Shown in pieces: positions 16,301 to 26,109 of a stretch of 64,000 nucleotides of DNA. The DNA is from an uncultured virus (IMG/VR IMGVR_UViG_3300025632_000002) (Duplodnaviria; Heunggongvirae; Uroviricota; Caudoviricetes; Crassvirales). Under the pieces are notes generated by a model. The model was not told the DNA's origin, ran no database searches, and saw only the letters and a list, made by a program, of their open reading frames with translations. Made by a program: the position numbers and the translations under genes. The stretch is taken from the IMG/VR virus record IMGVR_UViG_3300025632_000002; one strand, written 5' to 3'. The first letter of the stretch is position 1, and each line of letters opens with the position of its first letter.

Positions 16301-19300
16301 GCTGCTTATAACAAGTTAACTTCTGCTCCATACAACTGGACTATTGTCGATTTGGGTGGCGTTCCTGTAGGGAACCTACTTTTGGACACTAGTTACGGTA
16401 GCGGAGCTGAGGCTGCTTACTCGGTCCGTAAGTTGCGCACCGCGTACACAGGGCCCGCTATGAAGGTCCAGGACACCGTAGGAGGTGCTACGCAGGACAT
16501 TTACTTCGATGCCAACAACAACCTTGACGAGGCTGCCATAATCTCTTATGGAGGCTCTAACGACGTTTTCGTAGAGACCTGGTACGACCAGTCAATCAAC
16601 GGCAATGATGCTACACAGGGTACGTCCGCTAATCGCCCTAAGATTTATGATGGCACAACTGGCGCGTTGGTGAAGGAGAGCGGAAAGGTTGCAATCGATT
16701 TTGACGGTAGCAATGACAATTTTGACAACAGCACCGTAACGCTCACAAGTAACGACACCCTAATAAGTGTTGTATCTAAAATAGAAACCACAAGCACGGC
16801 GGTAAATATTTTTGATAGTAGCGAAAGCAATAAGTTTTTTTTGCAAATTGATGCTTCAAAAAACTTCCAATTTAGTAATGGTTCAGGTACTAATTTGAAT
16901 CATAAAAATGACGGATTTAGATATTTAACAAGTTTAGATTTTAACGGAGCAACTTTAAAGAGTTATTTTAACGGATATAATACAAAAACCGCAACCGTCT
17001 CAAATCAATCTCGAAGCGGTTTGAGAATTGGTAAACACCGCGAAAGCTCAGCGGGTTGGATTGATGGAACAATGCAGGAATTGATTTACTGGAATCAAAA
17101 TAAGAACGCAAACCACACCAGCATCGAATCCAACGTCGGCGACTACTTCACCCAAAACACGCCACTACTCGACACGTATACAGGAGCGGCGGCGGCGTAC
17201 TCACTACGCAAGCTATCAAGCTCGTACAGCGGTAGCGCGATCCGCGTCCGTAGGTCGTCAGACAACACCGAGCAAGATATAAATTTCAACGTATTCGGTG
17301 AGCTTGATACCGTTTCGCTTTTGGACTTCGCAGGTGCGGGAGATGCGTTCGTGAAAACTTGGTATTCACAGACGGGAAGCAACGACGCGACGCAGACGGC
17401 GACGGGTTCACAGCCGAAAATCGTTTCAAGCGGTGCGGTTATAACGGAGAACGGGAAGCCCGCGGTGCAGTTTGACGGTAGCAACGATTTTGTTGCAACG
17501 TCAGACTTTACAGCAGAAGCCCAGCCGTTTTACTTTAGTATAGTCGCAACGCCGTCAGCAACTACTTTGTCGCGGTTTATTGACACTAACGGCACGGATA
17601 CAAACAACCGAATCAATATTACCTTATCGAACGGTTCGATATACGAAATGAACGCAGGTAATAGTATAAGTGGCGGCACAGCCACAACAACGCAACAACT
17701 ACTGACCGCAGACTTCGACACTACTAATTCATTCCTTTACAAAGACGGAGTTCAAATAATATCGGGAGACGCAGGTACGCGAAACATCGACAGCGTGAGA
17801 ATTGGAGCAAATAAAAACGGAATTCAGTCTTTGAACGGCACAATTCAAGAAGTTGTATTCTACAACTCCGACCAATCCAGCAACCGCACAGGCATTGAAA
17901 CCAACATCAACACGTTCTACGACATCTATACTGAGCCTGTAGCGCCTTTGTTGTTGAATAACTATCCTGGTGCTGCTGCGGCTTACTCATTGCGTAGGAT
18001 TAACTCTAGCTATCAGGGTTCTGCTGTACTGGTGCAGACGGCCCTTAACACTAAGGGACCAGTCTATATCGGCTTTGATTCCAATAACGACTTGGACACT
18101 ACTTCATTGGCTACCTACGGAGGTAGCGAAGACGTGGTGGTAGCGGGATGGTTGGACCAGTCGGGCAACGGGAACGATGCCTCTCAAGCTACATCCGCTA
18201 ATCGTCCTAAGATTTACGACGGGACGACGGGCGTAGTAACGGAGAACGGGAAGCCTGCGTTGGATTTCACAAATACTGTAAATTTATTTTTGAAAAATTC
18301 GTCTGGTCAAAATTTATCAATAAGCGCAACAGATTATTCGTTCATATATGTTCAAAAAAGAGCATCTGCAACGGGATGGATTTTTGATAGTCAGACAGGG
18401 AGATTCGTTATAAGTTCGGGTAGTCCTTCAGGATTGTTTTTTGATGGGGCGTGGAAGGGAAGTCAACAAACAACAACAGCGCACGAAATTAATTATTTTG
18501 ATTTTGTCAGTCCTTCATCTACAAATTATTACGTTAATGGCTCACTAAACCAAGGGCCTTTAACCTACACGCAAAAAGCAATCGGAGGACTGACCGCAAT
18601 AGGCAAAGAGTATAGCGGTAGCGTACCAATGAATGGAACGTTGCAAGAGTTTATAATTTACACAACACCCCAAACATCCTACCGAACAGACATCGAAGAA
18701 AACATCGGCGGCTACTATGACATCCCGCTGGCTGGCTTGCTCGATGAGAACCCAGGAGCAGCTGCTGCTTATAGCTTGCGTAGACTAAGTTCAACCTACA
18801 CAGGCAGTGCTATACAGGTGCAGCGAGCTGACAACGTTGGTGGTACAACTGACATAGGCTTCGACTCTTATGGAGAGCTGGACACTACGGCCTTAACTAC
18901 AGCTGCTCAAGGGAATGATATGGTGGTGGCTACTTGGTATGACCAGAGTGGTAACAGCAACGATGCTACACAGGGTACGTCTGCTAATCGTCCGAAGATT
19001 TATGACGGGACTACGGGTGTAGTGACGGAGAACGGGAAGCCTGCGGTAGACTTTGGTGGCGGTAGGTTGGGTTTGACTTCGGCAACCTCAGTAACTCAAA
19101 CAAATATGAGTCTGTTTGCAATTAGCAAAACTTCTGACGTTGCTCAAGGCTTTTATAATGGCTTTATTTTTTACGCAAGGGACAACGCTAATTCTAATTA
19201 TCTTATCCTAAATGCGAATAGAGATGATAGAAGTATTAGTACACTTACCAAGGGAATCTCAGGTAGTTCTAATGATTTGACTTTCGATAATGTCGCAAAT

Positions 19301-21145
19301 CTTACTCAAAATTTAAAAAGCGGTTTTATCGACAGCACTACAATGGAAGTGTTTTTGAATTCTACCTCTGAAGGAACTCAAAGCATTACGAACGCATCAA
19401 GCGCATATACAAGCCATTCAATAGGCGACTACGTTGCTGGAGGCTCGGTAAGTTTTCGAGGTACAATACAAGAAATCGTGTGGTATTCCAGCGACCAATC
19501 GAGCAACCGCACCGACATCGAGGATAACATCGGAGGCTACTATGACATCCCACTGGCTGGCTTGTTGGACGAGAATCCAGGAGCGGCTGCTGCTTATAGC
19601 TTGCGTAGACTAAGCTCTACGTACACAGGCAGTGCCATACAGGTACAGCGAGCTGACAACGTTGGTGGAACGACTGACATAGGCTTCGACTCTTACGGAG
19701 AGCTGGACACTATAGCTTTGACTACAGCGGCAGCTGGCAACGATATGGTTGTGGCTACTTGGTATGACCAGAGTGGTAACAGCAACGATGCTACACAGGG
19801 TACGTCTACTGCTCGCCCTAAGATTTACGACGGTACAACTGGCGTGGTGACGGAGAACGGGAAGCCTGCGTTAGATTTTGATGGGTCGAATGATTATTTC
19901 GAAATGCCCTCTCCATTTAGCGGAACAACACCGCGAAGCACTTTTTTCACAGGTTACAGTACAGAGAACCCCACTTCAGCCAGCGTAATTTATGGCGCGA
20001 ATGTACAGGCTACCAATTCAGGAGAGAGCTACAACATCACTACGGAAATCGGGTTAAGAGTTAATCAATATGCTTTGTGGGATGATGACTATCAAGGCAC
20101 TTCTAGGAAATTGTTAACTACAATATGGAGTTCTGGTAACGCTTTTGATGCTCAAATGTATTTAGACGGAGTACAATTATCGACTTCTAGCGGAAACTCT
20201 ACGGTTGACTTAAACACAGCCGCCCATAGTACCAGTTGGATTGCAAGGACTAGTTATAACCCAGACAATTATTTAACAGCGGTTTTTTCGGAAATGATTT
20301 TTTACGCTTCCGACCAATCCAGCAACCGAACAGACATCGAAGAAAACATCGGCGGCTACTATGACATCCCACTGGCTGGTCTCTTAGACGAGAATCCAGG
20401 AGCGGCTGCTGCTTACAGCTTGCGTCGCCTGAGCTCTACCTACACTGGCAGTGCTATACAGGTGCAGCGAGCTGACAACGTTGGTGGAACGACTGACATA
20501 GGCTTCGACTCTTACGGAGACTTAGACACTACGGCTTTGACTACAGCGGCAGCTGGCAACGATATGGTGGTGGCTACTTGGTATGACCAGAGTGGTAACA
20601 GCAACGATGCCTCTCAAGCTACATCCGCTAATCGTCCAAAGATTTATGACGGGAGTACGGGCGTGGTGACGGAGAACGGGAAGCCTGCTCTTGAAACAGA
20701 TGGCGCAAACGATTATTTGAGTTTTACTAGTATGACATTTAGTTCTAACTTTTGTTTTCTTAATGTTCAGACAACAAGCTTAAAGGATACAGGATATGGC
20801 GGGGCTGGTGGCAATTTCGGTGCCTACTTTGAAGATTCGACCACATTGCGTTGGCGTTTCTCTGGGTCTCAAAGTGACTACACTATCCCAAGCCAAACAA
20901 GCGGCACCCAATACCTTGCTTTTATCAACCGTGCCAGCTCTAGTGTGGAGCTACATTTTCAAGGTGTAAGCCGAGGAACAACAAGCAACGGAGGTACGTC
21001 TACGTTGTTTGATATTATGAGAGGCAATGCTGGGGGATTGTATTTAAATGGTCACAGTCAGGAATTGATTTTTTGGAACTCCGACCAATCCAGCAACCGC
21101 ACCGACATCGAGGACAACATCAACACGTTCTACAGCATCTACTAA
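13388..21145 (+). CDS. Large tail fibre/receptor-binding protein: PKD-like and DUF285/BspA-like repeats plus six LamG/ConA-like modules
   Basis: VDWGDG and QWGDG; many FNQ.L..WDVS..T.M..MF repeats; six AAYS(L/V)R(R/K)...WYDQSGN..DA.Q modules. Confidence 0.85.
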   Translation: MSGTIIGIANAFGASISPGAAQGSAPGPPPSQDPMNFYVTPYNSAGTSTPSGQYKLGLYSTGIYNFTVDWGDGNTDVITSYNQPEVTHDYGTVLPTDNFEITITPNSPIRQQAVNSWYFGNRNEGDGVKVRSIDQFGATLFYADQDIFYGCEVLSTFASTISNVPTILNKVIGDGFFFNCDELAPAFYTAYWVGPFTGTAESFNEGKSVAGLPVGNSRGKFQLDFTPTNMFRAFKNQAIFNQNDVGLYWDVSSCNNFTECFSSCLRYNQPFPNWTFLTGTPVFAADMFKNAVDFNQNITGWNTSAFQDMGGMFARTLPVGSGGVTDSVFNQAIGVWNTDNVRDASAMFFNAVNFNQDLSNWFSTGSLQNIGPSSGGIVSMFSGATSFNSSVANWDLTNPLLTSVSYVFNGATSFDQPLNSWDVSGVSFFVGTFNGATAFNQNLALWDVSSGLFFSEMFKGATSFVGTSLTSWNVSSATDMQDMFNGATSFTNSLVFWNPSSVTNMSGMFNGATLANPNVSGWNISSLANASDMFTNSGLSSFNYQALLVAWAAQAPNIQNGVTLSSINQYANFGAPADAKAKLVNDYGWTITDLVNPNLPPPALTFTIDTTATEVGSTANNQYRLPLISSGTYDFYVQWGDGDAEQITSWNQAEATHTYAAAGTYTVKMFAVAATTTPIIDHISWASQDGTTLSAANDRLKVQDISEWAAAILYLNEYVFTNCENLNITTTSSPTFGSKVLRTSAFENCDNLSGDLSGWGTVGSPITGLAGTFYKNSTSNPNFNFVLQHNVGSLIQPFQNCAAFNNPLNNWDVSSVIGFTAAFSGASAFNQDISGWDTGNSSAFNAMFSNALAFNQNISSWNVASVTTFSQMFQGATLFNQPVGAWTTTSLTNLFSTFKNAAAFDQDLANWDVSGVTTAVDMLTGSNISAANWDALLIGWAAQGTGAGSLQANVTLSNINQLHGSVDSAATAAYNKLTSAPYNWTIVDLGGVPVGNLLLDTSYGSGAEAAYSVRKLRTAYTGPAMKVQDTVGGATQDIYFDANNNLDEAAIISYGGSNDVFVETWYDQSINGNDATQGTSANRPKIYDGTTGALVKESGKVAIDFDGSNDNFDNSTVTLTSNDTLISVVSKIETTSTAVNIFDSSESNKFFLQIDASKNFQFSNGSGTNLNHKNDGFRYLTSLDFNGATLKSYFNGYNTKTATVSNQSRSGLRIGKHRESSAGWIDGTMQELIYWNQNKNANHTSIESNVGDYFTQNTPLLDTYTGAAAAYSLRKLSSSYSGSAIRVRRSSDNTEQDINFNVFGELDTVSLLDFAGAGDAFVKTWYSQTGSNDATQTATGSQPKIVSSGAVITENGKPAVQFDGSNDFVATSDFTAEAQPFYFSIVATPSATTLSRFIDTNGTDTNNRINITLSNGSIYEMNAGNSISGGTATTTQQLLTADFDTTNSFLYKDGVQIISGDAGTRNIDSVRIGANKNGIQSLNGTIQEVVFYNSDQSSNRTGIETNINTFYDIYTEPVAPLLLNNYPGAAAAYSLRRINSSYQGSAVLVQTALNTKGPVYIGFDSNNDLDTTSLATYGGSEDVVVAGWLDQSGNGNDASQATSANRPKIYDGTTGVVTENGKPALDFTNTVNLFLKNSSGQNLSISATDYSFIYVQKRASATGWIFDSQTGRFVISSGSPSGLFFDGAWKGSQQTTTAHEINYFDFVSPSSTNYYVNGSLNQGPLTYTQKAIGGLTAIGKEYSGSVPMNGTLQEFIIYTTPQTSYRTDIEENIGGYYDIPLAGLLDENPGAAAAYSLRRLSSTYTGSAIQVQRADNVGGTTDIGFDSYGELDTTALTTAAQGNDMVVATWYDQSGNSNDATQGTSANRPKIYDGTTGVVTENGKPAVDFGGGRLGLTSATSVTQTNMSLFAISKTSDVAQGFYNGFIFYARDNANSNYLILNANRDDRSISTLTKGISGSSNDLTFDNVANLTQNLKSGFIDSTTMEVFLNSTSEGTQSITNASSAYTSHSIGDYVAGGSVSFRGTIQEIVWYSSDQSSNRTDIEDNIGGYYDIPLAGLLDENPGAAAAYSLRRLSSTYTGSAIQVQRADNVGGTTDIGFDSYGELDTIALTTAAAGNDMVVATWYDQSGNSNDATQGTSTARPKIYDGTTGVVTENGKPALDFDGSNDYFEMPSPFSGTTPRSTFFTGYSTENPTSASVIYGANVQATNSGESYNITTEIGLRVNQYALWDDDYQGTSRKLLTTIWSSGNAFDAQMYLDGVQLSTSSGNSTVDLNTAAHSTSWIARTSYNPDNYLTAVFSEMIFYASDQSSNRTDIEENIGGYYDIPLAGLLDENPGAAAAYSLRRLSSTYTGSAIQVQRADNVGGTTDIGFDSYGDLDTTALTTAAAGNDMVVATWYDQSGNSNDASQATSANRPKIYDGSTGVVTENGKPALETDGANDYLSFTSMTFSSNFCFLNVQTTSLKDTGYGGAGGNFGAYFEDSTTLRWRFSGSQSDYTIPSQTSGTQYLAFINRASSSVELHFQGVSRGTTSNGGTSTLFDIMRGNAGGLYLNGHSQELIFWNSDQSSNRTDIEDNINTFYSIY
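18681..20688 (+). repeat. Three near-identical ~365-bp direct repeats in the tail fibre gene
   Basis: About 18681-19045, 19506-19870 and 20325-20688, separated by unrelated ~460-bp segments. Confidence 0.9.
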
Positions 21146-21236
21146 TGAAGCCTAAGGTCATACCAATTTCGCAGAAGCCTCAGAAGCCTAAGCTAGAAAG
21201 CAATATCTTTACGTATTACAACATAAACAATTCAAA

Positions 21237-21671
21237 ATGAGTAATTACCTCATCGTACCTCCCGAAGGAGGGCTTACCTCAGAAGAGCGAGCAGCAGCCA
21301 TCTCTCGTCAACTCTACTGTATCACCCGTCCAGAGTCTATCCAGAACCCTGACGAGGCCAACTTCAACCTATTTGGCTCTGTCATCCACCCTACTACAGG
21401 GGAGGCAGCACTGTCGATTATCTTAGATTGGCTTATCTATGTCAACCCAGCGGTAGATTTGACGGAGCTACAGCTTTTGTTTCCTTTGATGCCAGAGGCG
21501 GAGAAAGACTCGCTTACTACGCTTATCACTACGTCGCCGACGGTTCTCTTTGAACAGATTATCCCGACCGAGTGTACGGTCCACGACCAGGCGTATATGG
21601 AAGCCAACGGATGGTTCCCGCCAGAGCCAGAAGAAGTGACTGAGGACCAAATTGGAGAAATCGTTGAGTAA
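21237..21671 (+). CDS. Hypothetical protein, possible tail fibre accessory
   Basis: 144-aa ORF following the fibre gene. Confidence 0.75.
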   Translation: MSNYLIVPPEGGLTSEERAAAISRQLYCITRPESIQNPDEANFNLFGSVIHPTTGEAALSIILDWLIYVNPAVDLTELQLLFPLMPEAEKDSLTTLITTSPTVLFEQIIPTECTVHDQAYMEANGWFPPEPEEVTEDQIGEIVE

Positions 21672-21955
21672 TGGCTAAGCATACACACGTATTTAAGACG
21701 CCCGCCTTTTGGTTTGCCTTTAATAACGGCGAAGAAGTAAAGGGCAACCCGCGAAATAACTATGGGTATGCTAGCAAGGGTGAGCTCAGTACAGGGCAAG
21801 ATTATTTAGATATATTCGATACAGAAGAAGAAATGGCGGCTTATATCGACCTTCAGGTCGGAGAACCTGGGTGGTATTATAAGTGCGAAAACCGCATCCC
21901 TTATCCGCCCAATCCTAACGAGTGGGAATGTACTGAAGAAGAAGTAGCTCCGTAA
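21671..21955 (+). CDS. Hypothetical protein
   Basis: 94-aa ORF with TAATG coupling. Confidence 0.75.
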   Translation: MAKHTHVFKTPAFWFAFNNGEEVKGNPRNNYGYASKGELSTGQDYLDIFDTEEEMAAYIDLQVGEPGWYYKCENRIPYPPNPNEWECTEEEVAP

Positions 21956-22045
21956 CTTTATAATATGAAATTTAATTCTGATTGCACTTTAAATACGGGG
22001 GTGAATTATACTTTGATTGAAAAAAACAAAGAGCAAAAAGAAAAT

Positions 22046-22252
22046 ATGAATTACGAACTTATATCAGTTGGCGTAGGCGCTGCTTCGGGTATTGTTACAA
22101 CGTACGTCAAGATGCAGAGCGAAATTGTTAAAATTAAAAGCCGCCTTTATTCTTTAGAAAAACAAGAAACTAAAGTCCAGCAAACATTGGAGGTATTGCT
22201 TGAGGGCGTAAACGAGATTAAAATCTTGCTGGCTAAAAAAGGCATAGAGTGA
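22046..22252 (+). CDS. Putative holin/membrane protein (N-terminal TM plus coiled coil)
   Basis: ORF track 21965..22252; likely start MNYELISVGVG; upstream of the amidase. Confidence 0.55.
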   Translation: MNYELISVGVGAASGIVTTYVKMQSEIVKIKSRLYSLEKQETKVQQTLEVLLEGVNEIKILLAKKGIE

Positions 22253-22334
22253 ATCGCCAAAAGCAATACAAAGACAGTCTATACCTTGTTAAGGTAGCTG
22301 TAATTGGGTTGGCCTTATGTTTAGTTTGTTTGTT

Positions 22335-22754
22335 ATGAGAGATATAAGAAGAGTTATAATACATTGTTCTGCTACGCGAGAAGGCCAAGATATATCTGCG
22401 GAAACTATTCGGAGATGGCATACTTCTTCACCTCGTAATTGGTCAGATATTGGATATCATTTTGTTATAGAGCTAGACGGAACGATAAAAAAGGGCAGGG
22501 ATATCGATGAAAAAGGCAGCCACACAAAGGGAGAAAACTACGACTCTATTGGCGTGTGTTATATTGGGGGGTTAGAAAGAGACGGCAAAACCCCTAAAGA
22601 CACGATGACTGAAATGCAAGATATTTCAATGCTCGAACTCATTAAAAGTTTACGCCTTATTTTTGGGGAGTTAAGTATCCACGGACATAATGAATATTCT
22701 AGTAAGGCTTGCCCTTCATTTCAGGTCCAGGAAAAATATGAATTTTTAAACTAA
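22335..22754 (+). CDS. Endolysin, N-acetylmuramoyl-L-alanine amidase (Amidase_2, T7-lysozyme-like)
   Basis: IIHCSAT, WSDIGYHFVI, SIGVCYIGG and GHNE..KACP motifs. Confidence 0.95.
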   Translation: MRDIRRVIIHCSATREGQDISAETIRRWHTSSPRNWSDIGYHFVIELDGTIKKGRDIDEKGSHTKGENYDSIGVCYIGGLERDGKTPKDTMTEMQDISMLELIKSLRLIFGELSIHGHNEYSSKACPSFQVQEKYEFLN

Positions 22755-22759
22755 AGAAA

Positions 22760-22924
22760 ATGAATTTTTTGACACAATTTTGGAGCGAAATTTTGCTCGC
22801 CATTATTACAGCGGCGGGAACAATTACTGCTTTGACAGAGACCGAAAAAGACGATAAAGTCGTCAATATATTGTCTCGTATCCTCAACGCAGTAGTAATG
22901 GGTAAGAACCGTCGCAATCGATAA
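22760..22924 (+). CDS. Putative holin-like membrane protein (54 aa)
   Basis: Read manually: MNFLTQFWSEILLAIITAAGTITALTETEKDD...; directly after the endolysin. Confidence 0.6.
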   Translation: MNFLTQFWSEILLAIITAAGTITALTETEKDDKVVNILSRILNAVVMGKNRRNR

Positions 22925-22930
22925 GAACGT

Positions 22931-25618
22931 ATGTCTAAGATTAGCTTATATGCCATAGACGCCAGCCCTACGACTGACGATAAAGTCATAGGGACTGACG
23001 TTAACAACAACAATGTTACCAAGAACTATCGTATTGGCGATATTATAGGGTTGTCTTCTTTTAATATAACGGGCGACACAGGTACTGCGCAAACCGTTGT
23101 AAATGGAGATACTATTACCTTTTCGGGGGGCGTAGGGCTAGTCACGAATGCGTTAAATAACGACACCATTGTCTTTACGCTCGATTTAAATGAGCTTCCT
23201 GTTTCTTCTTCGGCAACCGACGCGGGATATTTTGCGGTAGTAAATAGCACTGGTTCGCAGTACAGGATTGCGTCTCCGCTTATTCCTTTTAGCAACTTTG
23301 GGGCAGCAACTAATTCCGTCTTAATGGGAGGGAATAGAATTATTAACTTAGGTGCTCCTAGTGCCGCTACCGACGCGGCAACCAAGCAATATGTAGACAA
23401 TACATTTGCTGGCTCAGGGGCTTTAATTTTTCAAGGCTCATATGACGCGTCGACTGCTCCACCTACAGGCGCGGGAATATTAACAGGGTTTACTTACGCG
23501 GTTACGGTCGCGGGAAACGGCGCAGGTTTCTGGAGCTCAACTTTAAGTATAGGTGATATTATAATTGCTGACTCGGACAACCCCGTTAACGAATCGGAAT
23601 GGAGCGTTATTGACAATAACGTTAATGTAGCAACGGATACGATTCAAGGAATTGCTTCGTTCCCTACCTCGGGAGGGCTTTCTATATCTTTTGGCGCTGT
23701 CTCTTTAAGCACTCAAGCTAGCAGCGGCACCTTTGGAGATGCCGCGAATTCGGTTACGCTTACGATTGATGGAAAAGGAATTGTAACGTCGGCTTCGGAA
23801 AGCCCTATCGCCATTACAACGTCTCAAATTACCGACTTTTGTAGTGCGGTTACCGCTTGCGCTACGTCTATCAATTTAGGTAATTCTAACCTTACCCAAA
23901 CAGCAGCGACATCGAGAGATTACGATTTAAATGGGGGCTCAATAAACTTTACAGAAGGCGTAGATTCTTATTTCGCAATTAAGCAGCCATCCCTTAGCGA
24001 ACCCGCTTCTGTGCGCTTAGGGTACGATAGCGTTACGGGGTCTGCGGTAGAGCTTAGGTTTTATGGCAGTAACGCAGGTTACGTTGCGCTTAAATCACCT
24101 GTAGGGGTACCTACGTCTTATACCCTTACGCTTCCAGCAGCGGCTGGCGCAACAGGCCAGGTTTTGGTAAACGATGGTTCGGGTACGCTGTCTTGGCAAA
24201 ACAACTCTACGGCTTCCGTTAATTTAGGTAATTCTGACCTTACTCAAACCACATTTCTCAGGAATTACGATTTAGGTTCGGGTACGCTCGCGTTTAATTA
24301 CGGGGCGAATACAGCCCTTACTGTTAGCGGCTCTGAAGTTTCTTTAGGGGCTAACGTCCCTTTAAGGCTCAGAGACAACTCAGGAACCAATTCCGTCGCA
24401 ATAAAATCGCCTGATTCTTTGTCGAGCAGCTATACGCTTACGCTTCCCCCCACGGACGGCGTTGCGGGACAGGTATTGAAGACGGACGGCGATGGGGTCT
24501 TGGACTGGGTTAATTCAGACGCTTCTATAAATTTAGGCAGCGCCAACCTTACTCAAGACGGTATTCTAAGGCAATATGATTTAAATGGTGGGGCTTCGGT
24601 ATTGGCTTTTACCAACGGTAGCGACTATATACTTACGCTTAATACGGCTGAAGTTTCTTTAGGGGCTAACGTCCCCTTAAGGTTTAAAGACAACTCAGGA
24701 AGCAATTCCGTCGCAATAAAATCACCTAACTCTTTGTCGAGCAGCTATACGCTTACGCTTCCTGCGAGCGACGGCAATACTGGGCAGGTACTAAAGACGG
24801 ACGGCTCTGGAGTCTTGGACTGGACGAGTGTATCTAATCTCGGAAACTCCAACCTTGTACAATCGGACAATAGCAGAAGTTACGATTTAGGCCCAGGCAC
24901 ATTATCGTTTGCTTCGGGAGGTAGCTCAGCCCTTACCGTTAGCGGCTCTGAAGTTTCTGTAGGCGCTAACATACCTTTAAAGTTAAAAGATAACACGGGG
25001 ACCAGCTCTGTCGGTATAGTAGCTCCTAATAGCTTGAGCAACGTTAGTTATACGCTTACGCTACCCAATACCGACGGCAATACTGGGCAAATATTAAAGA
25101 CCAACGGCTCTGGGGTATTAGACTGGATTGATTATCCGCAAGCCATTAACCTTGGCAATTCTGACCTTACTTTAACTGAAGATTCTTCAAGAAGGTATAA
25201 TATCGGAGCTAATAAAGATTTGTCTTTTTGGGGCGACCTCACTAGCGCAACACCTATATTAACTTTAAATTCAGTTTCGAAAAGTCTTGATTTGCCAAGC
25301 GGAGTAAGCGACCCAGCTACATTGCGTTTTGTTGGTGATGCTCACTCACTTAGATTTGGCGCCCAGCCCACCGAAGATTATCACATACGCCTCCCCTCTA
25401 CTGCGCCGAGCGTTAATCAACAATTAAGTGTTGTTCAACAGGTTGGCGGCACCGATATTTTAGACTGGGTTGACTCGGGGTCTAAGGTCACCCTTGGAAC
25501 AGCACCTGCTTCAGCGACGGCTACTGGAGAGCAAGGGGATGTTGTGTGGACGACAGATTATATTTATGTTTGCATTGCGGCTAATACTTGGAAAAGAGTA
25601 GCTATTGCTACGTGGTAA
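22931..25618 (+). CDS. Tail fibre-like structural protein with internal repeats
   Basis: Repeated NLGNS.LTQ...YDL...YTLTLP..DG..GQVLKTDG.G.L.W units; C-terminal YIYVCIAANTWKR. Confidence 0.8.
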   Translation: MSKISLYAIDASPTTDDKVIGTDVNNNNVTKNYRIGDIIGLSSFNITGDTGTAQTVVNGDTITFSGGVGLVTNALNNDTIVFTLDLNELPVSSSATDAGYFAVVNSTGSQYRIASPLIPFSNFGAATNSVLMGGNRIINLGAPSAATDAATKQYVDNTFAGSGALIFQGSYDASTAPPTGAGILTGFTYAVTVAGNGAGFWSSTLSIGDIIIADSDNPVNESEWSVIDNNVNVATDTIQGIASFPTSGGLSISFGAVSLSTQASSGTFGDAANSVTLTIDGKGIVTSASESPIAITTSQITDFCSAVTACATSINLGNSNLTQTAATSRDYDLNGGSINFTEGVDSYFAIKQPSLSEPASVRLGYDSVTGSAVELRFYGSNAGYVALKSPVGVPTSYTLTLPAAAGATGQVLVNDGSGTLSWQNNSTASVNLGNSDLTQTTFLRNYDLGSGTLAFNYGANTALTVSGSEVSLGANVPLRLRDNSGTNSVAIKSPDSLSSSYTLTLPPTDGVAGQVLKTDGDGVLDWVNSDASINLGSANLTQDGILRQYDLNGGASVLAFTNGSDYILTLNTAEVSLGANVPLRFKDNSGSNSVAIKSPNSLSSSYTLTLPASDGNTGQVLKTDGSGVLDWTSVSNLGNSNLVQSDNSRSYDLGPGTLSFASGGSSALTVSGSEVSVGANIPLKLKDNTGTSSVGIVAPNSLSNVSYTLTLPNTDGNTGQILKTNGSGVLDWIDYPQAINLGNSDLTLTEDSSRRYNIGANKDLSFWGDLTSATPILTLNSVSKSLDLPSGVSDPATLRFVGDAHSLRFGAQPTEDYHIRLPSTAPSVNQQLSVVQQVGGTDILDWVDSGSKVTLGTAPASATATGEQGDVVWTTDYIYVCIAANTWKRVAIATW

Positions 25619-25632
25619 TTAAACTAAATTAA

Positions 25633-25869
25633 ATGAATAAATTAACTGAAGGCGAGTTGAAAGAATTGCGCGATGCGCTAACCGAGCTCAACCAAAACAA
25701 AGTTGCTCTGGGCGAATGCTTAATGCAGCAACAAGATATCCTCAACAATATCGATAAGATTAAATCTTCTTACTACGATATGGAAAAGTCTTTGATAGAG
25801 ACTTATGGGGTCAACTCAAATATCAATATTGAGACGGGCGAAGTAACTGTTAAAAGTCCGTCTGAATAA
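25633..25869 (+). CDS. Small coiled-coil protein
   Basis: 78-aa ORF. Confidence 0.75.
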   Translation: MNKLTEGELKELRDALTELNQNKVALGECLMQQQDILNNIDKIKSSYYDMEKSLIETYGVNSNINIETGEVTVKSPSE

Positions 25870-25887
25870 AGAGTTTCGCCATCTATA

Positions 25888-26109
25888 ATGCTTATTCGAA
25901 AAATCTCCATAGGGCCTGATTATAAATCGGGGATGCACTACTTATTAGGCCAGGAGGTTCTCGGTGGCAATTATAAAATACACCTCATCAAAATTGAGGA
26001 GAAATCAAATTCAATTCAAATATGGATAGAGCGCAATAACGAAATAATGCTTTGGAAACATTTTTCGTACACTATGCCGCTATCTGTAGAGTACAACATT
26101 AATTTTTAA
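25888..26109 (+). CDS. Conserved phage hypothetical (IRKISIG.DYK..MHY..GQ)
   Basis: 73-aa ORF, coupled to the next gene. Confidence 0.8.
   Translation: MLIRKISIGPDYKSGMHYLLGQEVLGGNYKIHLIKIEEKSNSIQIWIERNNEIMLWKHFSYTMPLSVEYNINF

Noticed and set aside
18681..20688. Diversity-generating retroelement in the tail fibre
   Set aside because: No reverse transcriptase in the window; repeat differences are mostly synonymous rather than adenine-specific
21145..21240. 31-aa ORF coupled to both neighbours (MKPKVIPISQKPQKPK...)
   Set aside because: Overlaps are suggestive, but it is too short and featureless to call
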